Position numbers and translations under genes: made by a program
Shown: one piece after another, positions 1 to 10,799 of the stretch
Position numbering within the stretch: position 1 is the first letter of the stretch
Layout of the letters: each line of letters begins with the position of its first letter
The notes under the pieces: model-generated
What the model saw: only the letters and a program-made list of their open reading frames with translations
The model's database searches: none
What the model was told of the DNA's origin: nothing
Assembly (NCBI RefSeq): GCF_006345805.1
Contig: NC_043004.1
Span: 90,272,001 to 90,336,000 of the forward strand
Direction: 5' to 3'
DNA from: Octopus sinensis
Taxonomy: Eukaryota
DNA: 64,000 bases

Positions 1-378
1 TTACCAACCACATGGTTCCGGGTTCAGTCCCACTGCGTGGCACCTTGGGTAAGTGTCTTCTACTATAGCCTCGGGCCGACCAAAGCCTTGTGAGTGGATT
101 TGGTAGACGGAAACTGAAAGAAGCCCGTCGTATATATGTATATATATATATATGTATGTGTGTGTTTGTGTGTCTATGTTTGTCCCCCTAGCATTGCTTG
201 ACAACCGATGCTGGTGTGTTTATGTCCCTGTCACTTAGTGTTCCGGCAAAAAGAGACCGATAGAATAAGTACTGGGCTTACAAAAAGAATAAGTCCCAGG
301 TTCGAGTTGCTCAATTAAAGGCGGTGCTCCAGCATGGCCGCAGTCAAATGACTGAAACAAGTAAAAGAGTAAAGAGAG
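1..378 (+). mobile_element. tRNA-derived SINE, family A (head cut by window edge)
   Basis: B-box-like GGTTCAGTCCC, core CCTTGGG..AAGTGTCTTC...GTGAGTGGATTTGGTAGACGGAAACTGAAAGAAGCCCGTCG, internal (TA)/(TG) tract and (GTAAAAGA)n tail. More than 10 related copies occur in the window. Confidence 0.9.
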
Positions 379-465
379 TTGTATGATGGTGATGCTCACT
401 GACCTCACACTAATTACATAATGTCTACACAAGATGACACAAACACATACACACATGGCATACAT

Positions 466-686
466 ATTCTTTTACTTGTTCCAGTCATCTGACTGCAGCC
501 ATGCTGGAGCACTGCCTTTAGTCAAGCAAATCAAGCCCAGGATTATTCTTTGTAAGCCTAGTACTTATTCTATCAGTCTCTTTTGCCAAACCGCTAAGTT
601 ACGGAGACGTCAACACACCAGCATCGGTTGTCAAGCGAAATTGGGGGGTGGGACAAACAAAGACACACACATAGATATATACATAT

Positions 687-712
<26 letters not shown>
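466..712 (-). mobile_element. SINE A, 3' half
   Basis: Reverse complement of the 3' half of 1..378, with more substitutions. Confidence 0.8.
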
Positions 713-722
<10 letters not shown>

Positions 723-726
<4 letters not shown>

Positions 727-1108
727 ATTAAAAATTAATTCCGGAATTTTAGCGCGCCAGAACTCAGACATTTGAAATTAACCCCAATGTAATCGGTGAA
801 ACTAAGCACGTGTCTGTTTTTATACGGAAACCTGGTGGTTAGTTTTATAAATTATATTACCTGTGGAACGATCGCACTGACGAGCCTACGGACGAGGGAT
901 TACGTAAGTGATTCATTAGTTAATAGGTGAAACAGCCGGTCTGTGAGTAATTCTTGTTTTTTGTATAATTTTCATCTGTCTTGCCCGCATATTGTTCTGG
1001 TGTCCGCTGAATTTTTCTCTAGAGAACATTCTTTTCTTTGTAGTTTGATCGTAGGTGATCTACTTCTAGCATACGGCTGACCACTTAGTGGTTTTTTAGC
1101 CCTTTAAA
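723..1108 (+). mobile_element. CpG-rich non-coding element between (TA)n tracts, carrying a hammerhead motif
   Basis: About 385 bp flanked by (TA)n on both sides, CpG retained, no ORF. Contains the motif at 872..946. Confidence 0.5.
872..946 (+). ncRNA. type I hammerhead ribozyme
   Basis: Stem I TCGCA/TGTGA, core CTGACGA (877-883), stem II GCCTA/TAGGT, GAAA (929-932), short stem III AC/GT, cleavage triplet GTC (939-941). Confidence 0.7.
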
Positions 1109-1142
1109 TATACACATATATATTATTATATATATATATATA

Positions 1143-1352
1143 CATATACGACAGGTTTCTTTCAATTTCTGTCTACCAAATCCACTCACTGCTGCTGGAC
1201 AACTTTCATCTGCTAGTGATATCCTTTCAGTGCTTTTTGACACTACATATATCTGTTGAGGTACTTTCTCTGCCATGCAGTGGAACTAAACCTGGAACCA
1301 TGTGGTTGGTATGCAAGCTGGTATACTTACCACATAGCCACTCCTGTGCCTA
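1143..1352 (-). mobile_element. SINE A, 5' part (diverged)
   Basis: Reverse complement of the tRNA-like head and core. Confidence 0.75.
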
Positions 1353-1419
1353 TGTATAATAAAATATAAATGACCAGTTTCCATCTGTTTTCTACCAAAT
1401 CTGCTAACAAGCTTGAAGT

Positions 1420-1800
1420 ATTGTATTAAACAATATAATACTGTATAACACTGAACAGTATTGTAGAAAATTGTAAAATATTATAAATATTGTACAATAT
1501 TGAATAGCATTGTACAATACAGCAGAGTACTGCACAATATTGTTCAGTGTCGTACAACATTGTATAATATTGTAAAATATTTCTCAGTATTATGGAGCAT
1601 TGTAAAATATTGTATAGTAATGTAGGATATTGTAGAATATAGTAGAATATTGTACAACACTGCTTAGTACGGTACAGTATTGTACAAATGCTATATAGTA
1701 TGTTACAGTACTATACAATATTGTACAAGTATATATATATTTACTATATATTTGTGTTTAGGACCATATAGTATTTTATAATGTTGTACAGAACTATGCT
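1420..1800. repeat. degenerate ~10-11 bp AT-rich minisatellite (ACAATATTGT-like)
   Basis: Recurring self-complementary AATATTGTAC / TACAATATTG variants. Confidence 0.7.
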
Positions 1801-1825
1801 ATAGTTTCTTTTGTCTAATAGCCCT

Positions 1826-2328
1826 GTCAACCACATGGGTTCCACTACCATGTTACCTTGGGTCGAGAGGGGACTTTGCACCAGCCACAGATCTGGTCAG
1901 TGGCTCTCAGTAGGTTGTCCTGTAGAAACCTCCAGTTGTCTTCCGCATTATGTGATGCTATATCCCCTTCTATTTCATCGAAGGCTTTGAGTAATATGTC
2001 TCTAAATCTCAGTCCATTTGCAGGATCTTTAAGCTTCCAGACCCTTCTCCTCCAAGCTGGTCTTCTTCTGGGCATCCATTCAGCCCTGATCCTGAAGTCG
2101 CTAACTACTAATCCTGAAGTTGCTAACTACTAATCTAAGTTGAGGGGTACATTCTTCGCCTGGGAAGGTTTTGGCATTTATAAGCAGCCCTCTTTCCCTT
2201 TTTCTGGTGAGGATGTTGTCAATTTGGCTAGTGTCTGCCAGAACGGTAGGTGACTAGGAGAGAGGTGGGTTTCCTGGAGTTGGTATTGCAGACCATAAGA
2301 TCATTTGCATTGCAGAACTCCAGCAGCC
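1826..2328 (-). mobile_element. RTE-clade LINE fragment (end of AP-endonuclease and linker)
   Basis: Translates RLLEFCNANDLMVCNTN...TYRSGRHTSQIDNILTRK...FPGEECTPQLRLVV, then RVWKLKDP...ICGWCKVPSRPKVTW. Confidence 0.8.
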
Positions 2329-2427
2329 TGTATATGTATATATATATATATATGTATATGTAGGTCCCGGGTTGAGTCGGGGTTAACCACAGTAAATAAG
2401 GTACTCAATACATAGCAGAGTAAATTA

Positions 2428-2559
2428 ATTTATTTTAAAGAAGGAGCTTCTACAGGACTAGAACTGTTTCATTCAAATGAAATCATCAGGAAGCTTCCTG
2501 ATGATTTCATTTGAATGAAACAGTTCTAGTCCTGTAGAAGCTCCTTCTATAAAATAAAT
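2428..2559. repeat. perfect palindrome with 55-bp arms and no loop, centred on AAGCTT
   Basis: 2439..2548 is an exact palindrome. It extends to 2428..2559 with one mismatch. Confidence 0.95.
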
Positions 2560-2591
2560 ATATATATGTATATATATATATATATGTGTGT

Positions 2592-2781
2592 GCGGGTGGC
2601 ACGTAAAAAGCACCCACTACACTCACGGAGTGGTTGGCGTTAGGAAGGGCATCCAGCCGTAGAAACACTGCCAGACCAAACTGGGCCTGGTGCAGCCTTC
2701 TGGCTTCCCAGACCCCAGTTGAACCGTCCAATCCATGCTAGCATGGAAAGCAGATGCTAAACGATGATGATGATGATGATG

Positions 2782-2782
<1 letters not shown>
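2592..2782 (+). mobile_element. 5'-truncated RTE LINE 3' UTR with (GAT)n tail
   Basis: GTGGTTGGCGTTAGGAAGGGCATCCAGC...ATGCTAGCATGGAAAGC...(GAT)n. The same sequence follows the RTE ORF stop at 55.1-55.6 kb and 28.4-29.0 kb. Confidence 0.85.
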
Positions 2783-2811
<29 letters not shown>

Positions 2812-2812
<1 letters not shown>

Positions 2813-3062
2813 TCATCCTCATCATCATCATTTAGCGTCCGCTTTCCATGCTAGCATGGGTTGGACGGTTCAACTGGGGTCTGTGAAGCCAGAAGGCTTC
2901 CTCAGGCCTAGTCAGATCTGGCAGTGTTTCTATGGCTGGATGCCCTTCCTAACGCCAAACACTCCGTGAGTGTAGTGGGTGCTTTTTACGTGCCACCGGC
3001 ACAGGTGCCAGACAAGGCTGGCAATGGCCACAATCGGATGGTGCATTTTATGTGCCAAAGCA
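2812..3062 (-). mobile_element. RTE 3' UTR copy
   Basis: Reverse complement of the 2592..2782 family, plus about one 60-bp unit. Confidence 0.85.
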
Positions 3063-3086
3063 GTGCACGAATGTGGGTCTACAATA

Positions 3087-3132
<46 letters not shown>

Positions 3133-3214
3133 TAGTACTGGTCCATGTAAATTAATTGTGCAGAGTGCTTTTGTCTGGTTATAAACATCCTAGACCCTTA
3201 TGAGCAGTAAAGAA

Positions 3215-3263
<49 letters not shown>

Positions 3264-3264
<1 letters not shown>

Positions 3265-3686
3265 CATCATCATCATCATCATTTAGCGTCCGCTTTCCAT
3301 GCTAGCATGGGTTGGACGGGTCAACTGGGGTCTGTGAAGCTGGAAGGCTTCGTCAGGCCCAGCCAGATCTGGCAGTGTTTCTACGGCTGGATGCCCTTCC
3401 TAACGCCAACCACTCCGCGAGTGTAGCGGGTGTTTTTTACGTGCCACCTGCACAGGTGCCAGACAGAGCTGGCGAACGGCCACGAACGGATGGTGCTTTT
3501 ACGTGTCACCGGTACGGGGCCAGGCGATGCTGGCAATGGACACGAACGGATGGTGCTTTTACGTGCCACCGACACGGGGCCAGACAGAGCTGGCAAACGG
3601 CCACGAACGGACGGTGCTTTTACGTGTCACCGGCACGGAGGCCAGCCGAGGCTGACAACGAACACGAACGGATGGTGCTTTTACGT
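3264..3686 (-). mobile_element. RTE 3' UTR copy with four ~60-bp tandem units
   Basis: Units are delimited by GGTGCTTTTACGT and measure about 60-63 bp. Confidence 0.85.
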
Positions 3687-3962
<276 letters not shown>

Positions 3963-4395
3963 GTTTATTTGTCAAAAGAGTGGGTACATTAATCAGTGTA
4001 CAGTGCTATATATATCCATTATGATCAATCTTACCAGTTGGTCTCACCCTGGGTATTAAACTGAGTGTTTGATAACAACACGGTTATGTAATGCTGTGTG
4101 CTGATCAGGGCTAGCAAGAATGGAAAAAATATGGCTACTGATCTCCATTATTGGGGATGACAAAATACATCTGGTTTGTAAGTGCTGTAAAAAACATAAA
4201 ATGAACCAAACAAGGGCTTTATCAAGAGTTATGTCCCTTGACCCCAATGGTCTCTGAGATGCTTGAAGTTATTTGAAAATGTGAGCAGGGGTTAGGGGTT
4301 GGTGCTTGTGTTGGGTTGGAATATGTGAAGGGGTATTATATATGAAGAGTTTTTTCGAGAGGATGGGTGTGCAAGGTAGGAGTCCAAATGCTTAA

Positions 4396-4616
4396 CCCTT
4401 TCGTTACTGTATTTATTTTGAGATGCTCTGTGTTTCTCTCAATTATTTTAAATATAACAAAGAATTTAGTAAAATTACTTAGTTATCATTAAGCTAGTGT
4501 TAGAAGCATAAATTGTGACTAAGGTTTGTTGGAAGATTTTAATTCAAAACTTATGAAAGCAAGACATTTGTACTACAGAGCCAGAGCCGGTTTCAGCTGG
4601 GTTGGTAACGAAAGGG
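4396..4616. mobile_element. piggyBac-type MITE
   Basis: TTAA at 4392-4395 and 4617-4620, TIR CCCTTTCGTTAC/GTAACGAAAGGG. A second copy lies inverted at 58524..58745. Confidence 0.85.
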
Positions 4617-5280
4617 TTAAGACCATATTGTGCAGCATATGTGCCCCATGTTCATTTGTGTACAGTTGGTTAAACACTTTACTGGGTTCTCCGGATCTGG
4701 TGGAGAACTGGTGGTTATAGCCATAAGTAGGATAAAATATACCATCACTCATGTGGGCAAGGGCTAAAGAATCTCACTTCTGATTTTAGGTAGATGTTTG
4801 GGTACTCCATGTGTGTGTGTGTGTACATATAAATATATGTGCCCAGTGCATAATCTTTCAACCATCTACCACACCCCTCAAATTCTGAAAGGTTATTGCT
4901 GTACGTACTATAGAACCTTTGCCAGACACTGTCATCCTACCCTCAGATTCCACCACAACATGCTGACACTGGAGAATTTTTTTAACAGCAATCCACAGAG
5001 ATGCATGGCTTAGTGGTTAGGGTGTCAAACTCATGAACACAAGACTGTGGTTTTCATTCCTGCACTGGGCGATGCTTTGTGATCTTGAGCAAAAGATTTC
5101 ATTTCACATTGATCCAATCCACTCAGCTGAGTAAGCTTGCAATGGATTGGTATCCCAGAGAAACTGAGAAACCAGCCCTATGCTTCTTATAGAGACATTA
5201 TATATATATATATATATATATTTCGTTTTTGGACTTGGTTTGCAAGATTCTTTATATGAGTTCGTATGTTGAAGCATATT

Positions 5281-5554
5281 CTGTTGTGTCAGGGGAGAGT
5301 CATTTTCTTTTTGTGCCTTATTATGTAACACACTCACTGGTAAAATTTCCAGTTTTTTCCTATTTTTATTGTCCTAAAATTTTCGTTGCGTCTTGCAACC
5401 TTTTCAATTGTTTGAGAGTCAAAACTATTGAAAAGATTGCAAGATGCACAGAAAATTTTAGGACAATAAAAATAGGAAAAAACTGGAAATTTTACCAGTG
5501 AGTGTGTTACATAATAAGGCACAAAAAGAAAATGACTCTCCCCTGACACAATAG
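5281..5554. repeat. 274-bp fold-back element (MITE-like)
   Basis: Outer ~100 bp of the arms are near-perfect reverse complements. The inner arms pair with few mismatches around a tiny loop. Confidence 0.9.
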
Positions 5555-5585
<31 letters not shown>

Positions 5586-5700
5586 ATATATATATATATA
5601 CACATATACACACATATATGCATATATATATATACACATATACACACATATATGCATATATATATATATACATACATATATATATATATATATAATATAT

Positions 5701-5742
<42 letters not shown>

Positions 5743-6652
5743 TGCATATATATATATATATATATTTACCAAACTGTGCCCCTTGGCCAGTTTCTTCCTC
5801 AAGCCTTCACCTAAACTCATTATCTCTATCATAATTCCTTCTATTACCTTCTTAACTGCAGTATTCTGCAGCTGTAATTAAATGATAGCAGACCTGCATA
5901 TTTCATCATCTTGTTCTGTGGTACCTGATGTTTCTCAGTTCTTGAAACCACTTCATTCATTAACCATACCTTATTCTCAATATTATCTTTCTCCACTCAC
6001 ATTTTACACAGATCACCCTTTTGTGTTACCAAACTATCTTTCTCACAATTCCCATATAGCTCTCACTCTCTCCACTCTCCGTGTATGTTTTCCCCCTCAC
6101 TCTTATGCAACCTACTCATCTGCATATCATCTCCATCTCTCAGTCTTCTCTTGGCTACTATATTATTATTACTACTCTACTACTCTTCACCCTCTTCTTT
6201 ACTGTCAGTCATCACCTAATCTCCCCTGCTTTCCTTCAACTAATGTATACTATCAATCGTCCCTTTACTCTAGTCCACATCTCAGCTCAATCTCAACAAT
6301 TATCATGTATGCTTCCGTACCATCTCTTCATGTATTTATCATCAACCATTCCACCCTTGTTCTTCCTTATATTTGCCCCTTCTTTCATACTTTAATCTCT
6401 CATGTACTAGCATAGACCATTTCTTCTACTGTAATAATCAGAGGGGATCTTAGTCTTGTGACCTTTATGGTGACATCAGTAGTGTTGATGCCACACTTGA
6501 GTAAAACACTTGAGTAAAACAGCTCATTTCGATCAATGGGGAATGTTGGCCTGCTCACCTAGCCAGCAGGGTGGCATCATTTGAAGGCTAGAACAATACA
6601 AATGCACATTGTGACCAGCAATGTGTAACAACACATGATCACATGTGATCAT

Positions 6653-6692
<40 letters not shown>

Positions 6693-6722
6693 TGAAGTGT
6701 ACAGTATTACATATCCATTATG

Positions 6723-6808
6723 GCTGATCTTACCAATTGGTTTCGCACTAGGGGTTCGAGTGTTAGGTAACGGTCTGATTATGTGACCCTGCACTCTTCA
6801 GAGGTAGC
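6723..6808 (-). ncRNA. type I hammerhead ribozyme
   Basis: Minus strand: stem I GCTACCT/AGATCAGC (one mismatch, one bulge), CTGAAGA, stem II GTGC-AGGG/CCCT-A-GTGC, GAAA, palindromic stem III ACCAATTGGT, cleavage triplet GTA. Confidence 0.65.
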
Positions 6809-7611
6809 TGTTATAGAATGAAATATGGATACACACACACACACACACGTACACATACACATATAGTTATGAAGTCAATGTGTGTGTGTGTGTATACATT
6901 GCATATACACACATGTACGTAACTTCAGTTTCTATTACAGCACCTTCTGTTTGCTCCCTGAAACCTATCAGCTGGATAAACTTTTCTTTGGAACAACCCC
7001 CCCCCCAACTCTAGTGCATATCCCTTTACATGTGAATAATGAAGATATATAAATTAATGAGTTTTATGTGGAACAGTGATTGGTGGTTGATAGTTTTAGA
7101 GAGTTGGAGCTGGGTTCATAGCATAGGTATTAAAAAAGTTATAATGTAGGTATTAGTTCACAGTGGAATGGCAAGTATTACTGCAGAATTTCTGCAAACT
7201 GGAATTTATCCAAATGCTCAATTTATGTTTTTATGTTTAAAAAAACAATAATGAAATAATTTCAAAAACCTAAAAAGCTTAAAGTCTATGTATGTATATA
7301 GGAATGTGTGTGTGTGTGTGTGCATGTGTATGTGTGTGTATAAGTGTGTCCATATGTATGTATATGTAGGTGAGTATGTTTATACAAATATATTGTATAT
7401 ATGCAGCACGGATTTTTGTCAGTGAACAGGTCGCGGTCTTATAGCGATGAAAATATTTTGACAAATTAAACTTAAATGTTGAAGTGAATCGAACGGCTTT
7501 TGTGTGTTTCTTAAATGGCTTACAAACACCTTCCATGCTGCAATTGTTTTCGTTTCAGCACATGATCTCAGATCAAATCACTTGCTATGCAAGTACATTT
7601 CCATAATATTC

Positions 7612-7793
7612 ATCATCATCATCATCATCGTTTGGCGTCCGTTTTCCATGCTAGCATGGGTTGGACGGTTCTACTGGGGTCTGTGAAGCCAGAAGGCTTC
7701 ATCAGGCCCAGTCAAATCTGGCAGTGTTTCTACGGCTGGATGCCCTTCCTAACGCCAACCACTCCGTGAGTGTAGTGGGTGCTTTTTACGTGC
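7612..7793 (-). mobile_element. RTE 3' UTR copy
   Basis: Same family as 2592..2782. Confidence 0.85.
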
Positions 7794-7834
7794 ATACATA
7801 TTTACACAATAACAACAACGAGAATAATAATAAT

Positions 7835-8037
7835 ACTTTCTACTATAGGCACAACGCCTGAAATTTCGGGTGTGAGGATAAGTCAATTACATTGACCCCA
7901 CTTCACAACTGGTTCTTATTTTATCGCCCCCTAAAGGATGAAAAGTAAAGTTGACCTTAGTGGAATTTGAACTCCAAATGTAAAGATGGACGGAATGCCA
8001 CTAAGCATTTTTTCCAACATGCTAATGATTCTGACAG
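7835..8037 (-). mobile_element. tRNA-derived SINE family B (diverged)
   Basis: Reverse complement of GAGTTCAAATTCC...GTCGACTTTGCCTTTCATCCTTTCGGGGTCGATAAA..AAGTACCAG. Confidence 0.7.
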
Positions 8038-8154
8038 CAATAATAATAATAACTAGCTGGACCCATGAAAAATTCATGGAAAATATAAAAAAATGTAAGC
8101 ATCTGTAAACTGAGTGCTGGTGCCATGAGAAATGTTTCTATATTGTGACAGTTA

Positions 8155-8372
8155 AAGATAGTGAGCTGGCAGAATCGTTAGCATGCTGGGTAAATGCTTA
8201 GTGGTATTTTGTCTGTCTTTACGTTCTTAGTTCAAATTCTGCCGAGGTCGACTTTGCCTTTTGTCTTTTTGGGGTCGATAAATTAAGTACCAGATGTGTA
8301 CTGGGGTTGATCTAATTGACTGGTCCTCTCCCACCAAAAATTTCAGGACTTGTGCCTATAGTGGAAAAGTAT
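8155..8372 (+). mobile_element. SINE B (diverged)
   Basis: GGTGAGCTGGCAGAATCGTTAGC head, B box GTTCAAATTC, family core. Confidence 0.75.
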
Positions 8373-9194
8373 ATCGTGACAGCTACAGAATATAGAAAGA
8401 AGTGTAAAACTGATAACTATAGAATCCAACCAAAATATCTGTTACACAAACGTAAACAGAATTAATATTTAGCCTTAAAATACATCCTACATATTCAGAG
8501 GACCCTCTTGGTTTAGTGGAATGTTTTTCTTAAATTCTTTTATTTTTTTTACTAGCTTCAGTGATTTGATTGTGGCCATGCTGGAGCACCACCCTTTAGT
8601 CGAAGAAATTGATCCCTGGACTTATTCCCTGTAAGCTTGGTGTTTATTCTGTCAGTCTCTTCTGCTGAACATTTAAGTTACAGGGACGCAAACACACCAA
8701 CATCGGTTGTTAAGCAATGGTGGGGGGGAGGGCAAACACAGACACAAACACACACACACAAATATATACATACATGCATACATATATATATAGGGTGATG
8801 GTGATGCTGGCTGGTGTGATTTTGTGGTTTGCTGGTTTCCCAAGAGAGATCCAGCTCTGTTTCTCATATTTTCTAAGTACAGCTGCCTTTGCTCTTGACT
8901 CATATCTTCTCAATTCTGTTGATCTCTCTCTTATTATGAAAATACACTTCTTTTTGGTCTTGGCTCATTTGTTCTATCTTTTGCTTGATTTCTTTCCCTC
9001 CTGTGCCATACGATACACTCCCTCTCCCCTTCGCTTATTCCGTTTCTTCTCTGTCTCATCCTTCCTTGATTTCAGCTCCTTATTTCCTCCTGCTCTTCCT
9101 CCCGCAGCCGTTCTCTCCTTCTACTCTGATGCTCTCCAGCTGCGTCCCTCATGCGATTATCCATATTTTAAAACTTCTCATTAAAAAAAATAAA

Positions 9195-10074
9195 TATCCA
9201 AAATGATTCAGTTTTAAAGAGGGAACCAATGCTGCCTCATGGGCCTGGGTGGCTGAGGTGTAAAATGGCAACAAAAACAGCATTCGGTCTTTGGTGGACC
9301 AAAATGGGCACACAGGGAACGAGCAAGAGCAGATAAGTGCAGCTTTCCAGCAGCATTTTGCCGAATTGTTCAGGACGAACAGTGGGCTAGATCGCAAGAT
9401 GGATCTCACTGCCTACCTCAATGGCCTGCCATGACTCTTAGGAAGAGATGCAGAGTGTTGTGAAAAGCCGATAACAATTGAGGAAATACGGAACAAGATA
9501 ATGGACTGCATGGGGGGAAAATTGCTGGGATTAGATGGTCAGCCCTATGAGCTTTATTCTAGTATGCCAGACTTGTTTGCAGGCCTCTTGGCAGATATCT
9601 ACTGAGAGAATTCCCAAATCTGTGAGCAGTGGAGAAGTGCTACTGATGAGAAATGATCCAAACAAGGGGGAGATATCAGATAATTTTAGGCCCATCATTC
9701 TGCTTAATGCAGGCATGAAAATTTTGGCCAAAGTGTTAGTGAAGAGGTTGGTACTCATAGTCAAGATGCTGGTTGGATGCACACAAACATGCACCATCCC
9801 AAACAGATCCATCCACAACAACCTCCACCTCATGCGCTACATCATGGATAAGATAGTTAAGAAACCTGGCATGGGTGGGGCTCTGATCAATTTAGATAAA
9901 TCAAAAGTCTTTGATAGGGTTGACTATCAATATCTGGCAGCTGTTCTCACAATAGCTGGTTTCGGTCTGGTTTTTTGTGGTTGGATCACTACCATGTACA
10001 GCAACATCTGCTTGGTAGTCCAGATGAATGGTCACCTATCAGAACCATTCAACATCATGAATTTGGTACATTGA
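9195..10074 (+). pseudogene. Tx1/L1-clade LINE reverse-transcriptase fragment
   Basis: ORF 9535..10074 contains FRPIILLNAGMKILAKVLVKRL, QTCTIPNRSIHNNLHLMR, LINLDKSKVFDRVDYQYL and VQMNGHLSEPF (RT subdomains 1-3). Upstream is frameshifted (AGLDGQPYELY). Confidence 0.8.
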
Positions 10075-10315
10075 AGGTGAAAAATTTAAAAAATGGGAAT
10101 TTAAATTGAAAAATTGTTCCAAAAGGGGGTAGAGTCCCACCTAACCATTCAGTTTAGCAAGAGCCCAGTCGGCCTGGCCACAAAAATGACAAAAAGTGAA
10201 CAGATACAACAACATTATCTGTAAAAATTGAACAAAAACTTGCAGCTCATGAACATATGTCCTTCCTCTTTGATATCCATGAGAAGAGTCCTAATAATAA
10301 TAATAATAATTATTA

Positions 10316-10546
10316 TATTTCTTTACTACCCACAAGGGGCTAAACACAGAGGGGACAAACAAGGACAGACAAAGGGATTAAGTCGATTACATCGACCCCA
10401 GTACGTAACTGGTACTTAATTTATCGACCCCGAAAGGATGAAAGGCAAAGTTGACCTCGGCGGAATTTGAACTCTGAACATAACGACAGACGAAATACGG
10501 CTACGCATTTCGCCCAGCGTGCTAACGTTTCTGCCAGCTCACCGCC
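10316..10546 (-). mobile_element. SINE B, full length, inserted in (TAA)n
   Basis: Complete head-to-tail reverse-complement copy ending in AGTAAAGAAATA. Confidence 0.9.
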
Positions 10547-10799
10547 AATAATAATAATAATGAGAAATACGTCAGAGAAATTGAAATTGACATAAAGATA
10601 GAACATGCTCAAAAATTTGCTCTGTTGAGGACAGCGAAAATTTTTAGATTGATACTAGGGTGTTAAGTGTTTTCAATGATACTTAACATCTAAGTACCAA
10701 GTCTTAAAATTTGTGGAAAGAGACCCTATCAGACCTATGCCAACAGGTTACTCCCAAAATTAATCAAAACAAGTAAATTAGAAAAGTCTGAGAAGTAAG

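Noticed and set aside
3430-3686. CRISPR-like repeat/spacer appearance of the 60-bp units
   Set aside because: The units are similar along their whole length, belong to a LINE 3' UTR, occur in a eukaryotic context, and have no cas genes nearby.
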